This document shows, piece by piece, positions 40,801-52,800 of a stretch of DNA of 64,000 bases. The position numbers were made by a program, and so were the translations under genes. Under the pieces are notes generated by a model that worked only from the letters and a program-made list of their open reading frames with translations, was not told the origin of the DNA and did not search any database. Numbering within the stretch: the stretch's first letter is position 1; each line of letters opens with the position of its first letter. The DNA is from Styela clava (Eukaryota): assembly GCF_964204865.1 (NCBI RefSeq), contig NC_135264.1:15128001-15192000 (forward strand). The letters run 5' to 3'.

Positions 40801-43800
40801 CGTAAGTCAACTTAATTTGTGAGTACTCCTGTTGTGTGTGTACCAGGTTGGGGTTAGGGCATAATTTCATCCCAATTTTCCTTATTTTAGTTCTATTACA
40901 AATTCGGGGACTAGCCAAGTGACTTCCGTAGTATTTTTTGGACCTGAAATTATGGCCTAACCCTAACCTGGTACACATACTACGTTCCGGTGTCCGTCAA
41001 CTAGGTTCACATACTTCGGAAGTACCAAAATACGGGTTCACTGACTACCGCAACGTTCCAAAAACGATGTGAGATAATCCACTCACTTCAAGTTAATATA
41101 AAAACAATATATACCAAACATGGCTCAATACGACCCGCTGGCCAAATCCGGCCCGCTAGGTATTCAATCTGGCCCGCCTGATGCTGCCACAACCAAACTG
41201 AAACCAACTTTTGAAGTTTTAGTTAAAAATAGCTAAAGGAATTTGTTGATATTGCGGTTAAATTAAGTTTAGCTACGAAGTTTACTGATTTCCACAGTTG
41301 TATTTGTAACACTGTAAACATTGTTCATATAATGCAACTCGTTACGTCATACTTACATGGCCCGCCAGTTTTGATGGGCAAAATTTTTGGCTCACATTCT
41401 AAGACCGTGCCCACTCCTGATATATACTCTAACATTCTTAATTCATGATCACAGTTATCGATGGAACTGGCGACCATTCGGAGGAAATTCAGATGGAAGA
41501 CGAGAACCAAAAAAAATGTCGGTTCCCTTACAAGTAGGAAAGGACGGGATTGCTATGTTCAAGATCACAGCCGATGCGAGCGACTTCCAACGAGTAAACT
41601 TCCAGGTGGGTTTAAATTTATAAGTCTCCTCTAATTTGGCAACTCAAATACTTCTATTGGGCGTAGCATAACAATTTTTGTACATGTAAATCCTAACCCC
41701 CACCTGACTATTCCATCCAAAATGACGTCACTACGACGTCACAATCACGTCATAGAGAAGACCCACATGACAAGACTAGACTGAGTAATATCAGAAAGGA
41801 AAATGCTATTATATAGACTTTAACGCATATTTGCACCATCAAAGTCAGACGAATCGTTACAGAAAGATATTCGTGTTGTGTGCAGCAAGATCTTTGACTC
41901 ACTTAGGATAGTTATATCCAATCTTGCTACAACACTCTTGCATTATATCCATACAGATCCACCGGCACAAAAGCATAAAAGAAGGATAAATAGAAAATGT
42001 CTCATAATAACCCAATCGATACAATTACATCGTTTTATTAATTTGCATATCTCGATTTGAAAAAAATATTTGATTTTATTCTGAGATCATCAGGTTATCA
42101 AAAATGCCCAGCCATACTTCCAACTATTTATTTCTGAGAGGCTATAAATGGTGTCATTTCTAGGACTGGGTGTTTTCGAATATGTGATGATTTCAGAATC
42201 GAATCGAATATTTTTTTCGACTCGAACACTTGTGAGATTTAAAATTGTATAAAATTTTCTTATTGTATTAGATCCTGCGGAAACATAAATTACTGAAAAC
42301 ATAGAATACATCACTCAGGCAGATTGCTGAGCGTTCACACACAATAAAAAAAAAACTTATTCATAAAAAATCACTACAGAAAAGAGTCATATATCAGAAT
42401 TGCGTTGAAAAAATATGGCTTTAATAGAAAAAAATTTAGAAATTTACCTCGACCATTGGCGGAAAGAAAAATCAAGATGGTGGCGATTCGAAATTTTGCT
42501 CTGAACCAATTCGAATAATTTACTAATCGATTCGATTTGAATATTCGATTCTAAATGCCCAGTTCACACAACAAACTTTGCCTTCAGGTCAAAATCCTCT
42601 CTTACCCAAACAAAGACGAATACTGGACAAGTTGGGGAGCGGAACCGTTCAAATCGCCGTCAAATACATTCATCCAAGTTTCTACTGATGATACTACATT
42701 GACCGTAGGCGACAAAGCCAGCTTGACTATTTACACCACAGAAGAGGCGGACAGTTATAGATTTACGGTAAGAATAGTTTATAACTTAATTGCTCTAGAA
42801 TTGAGTGTTTCTCAACGTTTTTTCTTTCTTTTACCGCTTTTGTTTTACAAAAATTATTTTGTTGCGTTCCCGTTATTTCACAACAATTTTTCGGTTTTAT
42901 TTCAAGCCATGGGAACACTTGTATTTTGCGCATGTGAACATTTAAATGCTTACGTTTAATGATGAAACATTTATCTATTGTTATAACAGATCCTAGCCAG
43001 AGGAAAACTGCTCAAGCAAGAGCTTTACACTCCAGCAGAATACGTGAAAGAAACCGACAGTTTTAAATTCAGTTACATGTTTGACGTCACCAAAGATATG
43101 TCACCAAATGTTTACGTCATTGTATCATTCATTCGTTCCGACGGTGAAATTGTTGCTGACAGCGTGAAAATTACAGTCCAAGCTACTCTCGAAAACAAGG
43201 TAGGTATAGGCTAAAGTGGGATAGACTCGAGTTACTTTTTCTCTAGCTCTTTAGCGTTTTAGTGGTCGCCCGTAGTGAACTTGCTACGAGCGAATATACT
43301 CAAAAAAACTGTTCAAAAGAAATGACCTGACTCGAACTAAAATACCCACCAGAGAGACTCGATTTCAGCAAAAAAACTCTCGGCCCGACGTACAACTTGC
43401 GTTGCGTTACTAACAATTGAAAAGGTTTTTCTAAATTGTAAAAGAACATAAGGACAAGGTCCTACCTCAAAAAAATGAATTTAACCGTTAATTTTTATAC
43501 GACGATTATACGCATTTCGTTCTGAAAAAGACTCTACACAGCCAACTTTACGTTTCGGCATTGCACACTCAATTTCTCACATGCAGATTTTGAGAATAGT
43601 GTCCCCGTTCTTCAAGACAGATGACCAAGCCAAGCACTGACAGTCTCAAAATACTAATATTTCTAATTTTTAATTCAGGTTACCATGACAACAAGTACTG
43701 CTAAAACCGACGCAGGGATGCCAGTTAGTATTACAGTTAACGCAGCAGCAGGATCTTTCGTAGGTCTGAGAGCAATTGATCAAAGTGTTTTACTGCTCAA

Positions 43801-46800
43801 ATCTGGCAACGATATCACCAAAGACAAGGTAAGAAACTTTTATCTTCTACATGGGGGTGTTTCAGCACCTTGATAAGGTTCTGTACAAAAGAGAAGGAAC
43901 CTAATAAGTGGTGGGATTCAAATTTTTTGTCAGCCGGTTCCTTCACAAAAGTTATATTTTTCAGCCGGTTCTGTTAAAAACAGAACATTGACAGTAACTA
44001 GTAATGCTAACCGGTTCGCTGATCTCATAAAAATCAGTGAGACCGTTTCATAGATCCGTTGCGAACTGACTGAATCCCATCACTGGACCTAATCCAGACC
44101 CAATGTAACCCCAGATCCACAAATATACAAACTTGTTCTATCTTTTTAGATTTTCCAAGACTTGGATAAATATGGAGCTTCAAGCGGTTCCATTGGCTGG
44201 GGCGGCGGATGGGGCAGATGGTGGTGGCCATACCCCATAGGAGGTGCTGATGTTAGTGAAGTATTTGATGTAAGTATCTCCCTACGACTAATCAATCATT
44301 TTTTATGTGGCGCTCATTTGGACCTCTCGCTCCGACCAAGGCCTGGGCAAAAACAGTCTTCCAATTCTCCATTTAAAACTACATTCGTATAATTAGAAAT
44401 TTATGAAAAATGTTTTAGACATGAACCCACACAAAAGTAGGAGAACAGATATCAAAAAACACGTTCCGTCAGTAATAAAATTCCATGCGCTTAGAATATC
44501 AAAATTTGCGCGTTCATCTGTGTGGTATTCTCTTCCAGTTACGAAACTCAATTGAAACAAACAGATTTCTTAGTAATCTTCATTCTCTATTACTTAATCT
44601 TTGTAGTCATAGTCAAGTTTATTTTTTTCCAACCAGCAAAATAATAAATATTCTTCAGTTAAAATACTTGTGTTACCATTTACAATTGTCAACTTTTACG
44701 TAAAATATCACCACTTCATTTTTGTATAAGCTTTGTATAATGGTTTTGAGCCCTAAAAAAACAGTGCACTAAAATCAGTTTTCAAAGTTGCCAGAACCGT
44801 GTCCGACTCCATGGGAGTGCAGTGTCAGTATTGGTGTGAGACATTATTTTCATCTATCTAAATTGCTGTTTTCTTTTATTCCAGAACTCCGGAATCCTTG
44901 TTCTTACCGATGCTCTCGTCTATTCAAGCAAGCCGGACTGTGAGTTTGGTTTATTATTTTTTTGCCTTTGCAGTCAAATTCATTCGCCACAAATTACACT
45001 TTCGCGCCAAAACGGGTACACGAACTTCTAAATTCGGGCCTCGAAAAATTGTTTTTAAAGGGAAGAATTATTATATATTTGGTTTTATCGAAAAATTTCT
45101 TGACATAGAATTATTTGAAAATTTCAACTATTGTATGTAAAAGTTCCGCATTAGGGAATCGCCCTAGACATTCAAACACATGCGAAAATGTCTCTTTTTA
45201 TTCAAAATTTCAATTTCCTAAAATCGAATTTGACTGCGAAGGCGGCTTCTTGCATCAAATAATAATATCAGTTAGTGTACTCCATAAGAGACTGGTACAA
45301 ACGTGTTTGGAGTTATTTGTCTGATATTATAGTTTGGTGCAAAAAAAATGTGTTTATCCTTCGTCATGGCCCCTCACAATAGCGTGACTTGGCGGAGGAT
45401 AATCTGTGCAATTTTAGCGAAGTTAGACGAGGTTAAGTCAAATGTTTCAGCTTTAGTTTAAGTGTTAGTGTTCTGTACTAATGTTTTGGAGTTTGAGATT
45501 GGTTAAATCTGTCTCCTATTTACGAGACATTGAAAAACGAACTAAATTTAACAATTCAACCCGACCCGACTATGGGGTAAAAGAATAGATTCCTGCATTA
45601 GTTTCAATCCGTAATAGCAAAATTTTGGCTGTAGAATCTATTTATAAGTTTCTGTCAGAAATTTCAATCTCATGTCTTGAAGTCTGGTTTAAAATTTGTA
45701 AATATAACAAATTTGAAGCTGCGAACCTATTACCAGTAAAGATCGCTAAATTTAGACTTCATAGCTCTGTATTTCCTTACCATCAGATCGAACTTATGCT
45801 CTTACAAGTATAGTCAGTTATTGAATGTACAGACTAGTTCAGATATGTTGGATAAAAGTGCTACCAGGAACTTAAATCACAAACTTTTAATGCAATGATA
45901 CAAATGTAACCATTTTAGTTAGTATGTATAATCTGGTACGTTTACGTCATGATACTAACACTTATAACACACGATCAGATGATTTTGGTTGTCCGTTTTG
46001 TGGAGGCGGAATTGGATTCGGTGGCGGAGCAGGGGGAGGTAGACCAATCAGACTCATGTCTTTTTCTGCCAAACCTGCTCCCTTGAGACGCCAGATGGCG
46101 CAATCGTCTTCCGTGCCAAAAACGAGGAGCTACTTTCCAGAAAGTTGGATCTGGGCTAAAGAAGAGATAGGGTTAGGAAAAAATTACGGTTGGAATAACG
46201 AGAATGCAAAGAAGTTTATTAACCACAGAGTGTTTAATAAAGCATGGTTATTGAAAACTCGTCACGATAACGTCACAAATTTGTTACGTCATCAGATAAC
46301 CGAATACCACAAATTAATTTCCATAACTAATAAGGTGTGAATCAAAAGTTCGACACATCAGCTTCTTTGAAGCATAATTGACGTCATAACCCTGGTGACG
46401 TCATACAAATATTTCACAGATTCTGGTAGCTTTTTTCGACCGTTTCGGCCTCTTGGAGCGAGAAATTTGGTAATGGCCATGCCGAGAGCCCTGATGGGGT
46501 TTGCGAAACCCGCGCCAATGGCACGGCAGTATTCGAAGGCAAAGAGTTCCGCGCCAAAGACCCGCAGTTATTTTCCTGAGTCCTGGATATGGGCAGATGA
46601 ATATATAGGGTTAGAGACTGGTGTTTTAGATATTGGTCATTGGGAATGCAATTTTCGTGGTTTGAGGTGCTCTGAATCATGAAAACTAATGAAAATCATA
46701 TTTGCATCTTGATAATTCGCACGTATTGGAAGTTGTTAGTTAAATTTTCAAAGCATTTCCAATTATTCAACACTATTTAATTTAAAATGAAGACCCTAGC

Positions 46801-49800
46801 AGAAATATACATATATAAAACCTGATAAATTAATTTCTGAAAAGGCTCAGAACCTTGCCTTAGAAAACTTATAAATATTATGTTATGGAATTCCGATTTT
46901 ATCAGGGAATAGAGGGATACTTCGGAGAATTGCTGGTGAACCCATCGCGGAGGATAGAGGAGGTGCAAAAGCATGGGCCTTATTTTACACCAGAAAATTG
47001 AAAGCTGAAATTGCGGCGCAAAAACTCCGAAGTTATTTCCCAGAAACTTGGATATGGAGTCAGAGTTATATAGGGTTAGAAAGTCATATCTCAAATGCAT
47101 TGCTTGAATTTTTAAACTAAAAATCTTAGGAGATGTTTGTGCCATAGCTTTGCTTGCTACATTGCAAAAATCTGGCCCATGCATGTCGCCACCGTCTTGT
47201 ACATAAATATCCAAGTCTCGAAAGAATTACTCCAAAAATAAATCTACGATATACCGACAAAACTCTAATGTCATTATCGCCAAGCATCCAATCTTGACAC
47301 TTTGAATTAATTAGTATGGTAAATGCAGATATGCAGAGTTTGCAAACAGCCCGATAACATTTAAAATTGAAAACACATAAATTCACCTAAACGAAAAATA
47401 TCCGTACCGGCGAACGGAAACAGCCGCCCAATCTTAAACGTTGAGCTGGCTCGATATTTCGTAAGTTCTATACTTAGGTTTTTCTTTTACCTCTCAATGC
47501 ATTCCATATATTTGAGTTAGTTTTGTTCGATGAACTAAGTGAAAAAAACTACAAAGATGTAAATTGTGAATCTCCCCTTCTCCAATCGGACGATATTTCT
47601 CATTTCGATGTTTCGATCCGTCAATCATCTCAAATCTCAAGAATGTTCACTCTTTGCACGAGGATAGCTCACCCTTTAATAATTAAATCACCGGCCATTT
47701 TGCCTTCAAAACATATTACTATCCGACCCCAAAGTCATGTTACAAGACTAATGATATTTGGATCGGCAGTGGAGAGTATATGTTATTCATTTTAGCGATT
47801 TGGCCAAAAGAAGAAACTATTTGTATAGAAATCGAAGGAGAAAAAGTGTGCCATACTTTTGCCTTACCACAACCCATAATGTTATCGGCATCAGCACCGG
47901 CAACAGCTGTACTGAGATCACCAGAAGGAACAAATAATGTCAAAGTCACAAGATTTTTTTTCCCTGAATCATGGATCTGGACGGATAGTATTTCAGGGTA
48001 CGGGCTCTCAAAAGTTGCCTCCGCCTCTTCAAAAAGCGTTGAAATACCACGCTCTGTCCTGCTTTGTCGGATCATATATGTTTCACAACTATATGATAAA
48101 AATGTGGCATGAGTTATGTTGGAAGTTCGTCGTAAGTTTGACACAAACAACTGGTCGACTTGCCTCATACCTGTCTGATAACTGGACAAGGAAACATGCT
48201 TCTTCGTATATTTAAGTCGTCTTATCTGTTTTCCTCCATCCCCCAACTCACCCCCTGATAAATATACAGAATAATACTTTTGCAGACAAATGTTCACAAC
48301 TCACTAAAATGAGAATCAGTACATTGTCGGCTGGCTCGTCGTTAAAATCATCGAATTGTTAGTTGCCAGAATAATCGCATTTTAAAGAAAAGCACCAATG
48401 CTGCTATTTTACACTTGGTTGATTTTCGATTTTGCGTAAACCACGCCTTATTCAATGAAGTATACTTGCAATTCGACTCACTGGTACTGGTAGACAAGAC
48501 ATCCGACCGAAAACGTCATCTTACATTTGTACTACATCTACCAGTTGGAACTATAGTCTACTCCATCTGATTCGATATTATTCTAACGATTGAAACAACC
48601 CAACAAAGAAGCGAATGGCGGTTAAGAATTGGGATGCGAGTATTCTGACCTGTCATGCGCCAGTGCTGATAATTCTTAGATGTATAATTTATTTCGAAAA
48701 CTCCATGATGTAAACTAATTCAAATGCAGAATTCTGGAAAGCGAGAAAAACCTAGTTAAACGAGACTTAGGCCAGAAATAAACAAACAAAAACTCGCGAA
48801 CGTCTTGATAGTTGAAAACTCCATAATGTAAACTAATTTAAATGGAGAATTCTGGAAAGCGAGAAAAACCTAGTTAAACGAGACTTAGGCCAGAAATAAA
48901 CCACCAAAAAGCCGCGAACGTCTTGATAGTAGACGCCCAATATAGCAGTTATATTACATGCCTTCAATATGAAGTTAGATGACAGGTAGAGCAAATAGCT
49001 TTTGGAAACTTCATTACGGTATCGCTTCCGAACTCGAACTGTTTAGCTGCGACGCGACACTTGCGATACCCCATATCACTGTATAGTATTTGTTTTGAGG
49101 GGTTAGTGACACCTAGAGTTAGAATATACTATATATTCTTTATTCGAGAGACGACGCATGAGCGATAGCATTTCAGTTTACTGTATATGTTGACTTGCAT
49201 CACTTCTCAAATAATCTTTACTTCAGTCATTCAACCGATATTTTCGTGTCGTCGTAAACGAGGACTCCTACGAAATAAGAGATGTGCTATGTTCGATCGA
49301 AAAGATATGCTTAGACCAGCAGCGCCAGGAATGGCTGCTAACTCCGGGCTGCGATTCAAGGGAGATTCGAAACAAACATCGAAAGCTAGAACGAATTTTC
49401 CCGAGTCCTGGATCTGGACGGATAGTACCTTAGGGTACGGTTTGAGCTAAAATAGATGAATGTTACACAAGCTGGTATTATAGGTGAACCCCGCATGTTT
49501 TCAAACTCATACTTCAATACCCAGCCATGGTATGTGTGATGAACTGGATAAGCTTTACGGTCTTTCCAAAAACATAACAGCTCTCTCTTTCCGGTCTGAA
49601 GCCTACATCGGAACATGGTGGGGAAATTCTCAAATCGTGTTTGCACGAGATTTTTTACAGAAACACTTCACGCACACACGACCAGGCACTGCATTCACTC
49701 CACACAGCAATTGATTTTTTTCAAATAAACAAATTGGTTACGTATTTGCTAGTTAGACGTTGAGTACACTTGCTACTCTCTGTTAAAGATTCTTTCCGTG

Positions 49801-52800
49801 TGCGTAAGAACTGCGAATATCTTGGTTTTGCAATGAAAGATTAGCATTGTTTCGCCGCTGCGTCTGAAACGCTGAGCTGGTACGCTATTTTGGTAATTTT
49901 CACTCTATTTTATTGTTTCAATCTTACATTATCTTCGAATTAGTTTTACCCAGCTAACTAAGTATAAAACGCTGAAGAATCTTTAACTTTGAGACGACAG
50001 CCTACTTTAATCGAATGATATTTCCAATTTTTCAAAAACTATCACTAGGGGGGGACACAGGGTGCCGCATGACTGAAGACGGATTTGAAGTCTGCGCAAT
50101 GATGATGATGCGAGGTATACAGGATGAAACGTTTATCATGAACTCTCCCCCGAAAACAAGATCTTTTTTCCCTGAGACTTGGATTTGGACCGAAGATAAA
50201 ATAGGGTTAGATCTAAATACTGCATGAAATGATTCATCATCTAACTATACTCGCCTACTTTACTTACTTGCTTGATTTAATCATTAACATTCTTCTTGTA
50301 CTTTGTGACATATGCTTCAAACAACATAAACGTAAAAGTTATTTCGAGTAATCTAAAAAAAAACACAAAACATATCAACAACTCACACACATGGACGCTG
50401 CGACACTTGAGATATCATATTTCGACAAAGTATTTATTGTGACATCACGCATTGTTATGACGTCATGTTGTACTCCTCCACGAGAAAATTTAGATACGAT
50501 AGTACAGGGTTAGGTTAGTAATATAGACATACCTGTACATTATTAGTAACATTCCGATCTTTTTTATCGCTCCAGAAGTGTGTGTACTAATATGGAGGTA
50601 ACTAATTTTGTTCGCCTATTTTTTATCCATTTGTGTAAAGGGACTGAAACATATGATCTGAAACATACAAAGCAGTGGCCTCTTTTCAGAATTTTGTATG
50701 GCGTGAAGACATGAAATATAGTTATGGAAGTTATAGTAACAATATTTCCAAATTTTTGATTTTAAGTTTTTGATCCATGCCCGCGGTGCATGCGACCATT
50801 TTTTGGCGTTCAACGTATCGTTGGCGGTCCTGCTGATGGGAACATTCGTCACAGAGTCTCTTCAGGAATAACTCCTGCAAAAGCTACATCCACTAAAACG
50901 ACGAGGAGTTATTTCCCAGAGTCGTGGATATGGGCGGATGAATATATCGGGTTAGAAACGCTTGCTTGTGGCTTCTATCGTGTGATAGAATCATCTTATG
51001 AACTTGCATGTGTATCTCTGCTTTGTCGTAAATGAATCATAAAATTTACTTTAAGTCTGATTTTGATTATTTTATATAATCTACTCTTTCTCAGCAAAAT
51101 CACGATTGCAAATTTAAACTTTCAAGTCATAGTGATTTCGTAACAGAAATGACAAATTTGAAGAAAATTACTATGCACAATAAACATAAAATTTTCATAA
51201 AATCTGATTTCGATTATTCTACTCTTTCACAGCAAAATCGCGATTGCAAATTGAAATGTACATAATGTAATAAACAATAAACCGTAATAATCATTTCTCA
51301 CATAAAATGGCGAATGCCAATAAAAAAACAAAACATCCTAAACCAGTTCTCAAACTTTCATTATCTGTGGACCCTTTTCAAAGACTCCCAACACCAGTGG
51401 TTGTTGCTTAGTTTGACAAACACCCAAATTATTTTTTGGGTTAGTTAGGTATAGGGGGCAACATTAACAGAAACTGGCCCCGGGCACCAGGAAAGTTTGA
51501 CACGTCACTGTCCAACAATTGTATAGATCTGCTCTTATTAAATGCCAATTTTTGTTTTAATAAGTTTCTATTCGTTATTTTATGCACAGTTTTGCAGACA
51601 GCACTAGTTTTTGAAATGTATTGTTATTGTGTAAGGGTATCATCATATAGATCAGTGTCTCTCAGCATTTATCTCTTGTGTCCCATCTGTAGCGTTAAAA
51701 AACCATAAGCCGGTACATGCAATTGCTGAACAGGCAATTGCTGTTGCTATTTTCGATGCATTTTTTTTTCAAATACTACGCTGACATTGTTTCTTAAAGC
51801 AAAACGCTCTTAGGTTTCCATCAACGTAGTTTATACGGAATCATTTTTCATATATCTATATGTACGTAGTCAGTGTAGTCAGAGACCATACGTCATCTCA
51901 TGGCACATCTTGTCCTGTTATGGTATATCATGTCACATTTTATTGTGACATCACGTTTTGGTATGACTTCATGTTGTACTTACTCACGAAGGGATTTAGG
52001 TACGCTATTGCAGGATTTGGTTAGTAATATAGGCATAAAAGTTTATTATTAGTAACCTTCAGATAAAAAAATTCGCAAAACAGTAGCTTTTTACAGAGCA
52101 GTAGCCGCTTTCACAGAATTTTGTTAGAAGTGAAGACAGGAGAAATGTCGTATAAGTAGTTTCGTAAGAATAATTTGAAATTTTGCTTCAAGTTTTTGAT
52201 CGATGTCCGCAGTGTATTCGTGTAAGAATCTTTGGCGGTGCTGCTAATGGGAACATTCGTCACAGAGTCTCTTCAGGAATAGTTCCTGCAAAAGCTACAT
52301 CCACTAAAACGACGAGGTGTTATTTCCCAGAGTCGTGGATTTGGGCGGATAAATATATCGGGTTAGAAACGCTTGCTTGTGGCTTCTATCGTGTGATAGA
52401 ATCATCTTATGAACTTGCATGTGTATCTCGGCTTTGTCGCAAACGAATCATAAAATTACTTTAAGTCTGATTTTGATTATTTTATATAATCTACTCTTTC
52501 ACCGCAAAATCAGGATTGCAAATTTAAACTTTCAAGTCATAGTGATTTCGTAACAAAAAAGACAAATTTGAAAAAAATCACCACGCACAATAAACAGGAA
52601 ATTTTTATAAAGTATGTGTTCCATTATTCTGCTCTTTCACAGCAAAATCACGATTGCAAACTAAATGCATATAATATATTAAAACCTGAAACAGAAATAA
52701 TCATTTTTCAGCGAAATATCGCAAATACCAACAAAAACAAAAGGGTACTCCTGAAGAAAGTATGCGCACCAAGATGTCGCGTAACCTGAAACTCAACCTG

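Noticed and set aside
46172-46419. Steric hindrance (introns too short to splice) as the cause of mutual exclusivity
   Set aside because: The shortest inter-cassette introns are 248, 264 and 296 nt, similar to or longer than constitutive introns in this gene (~220-300 nt).
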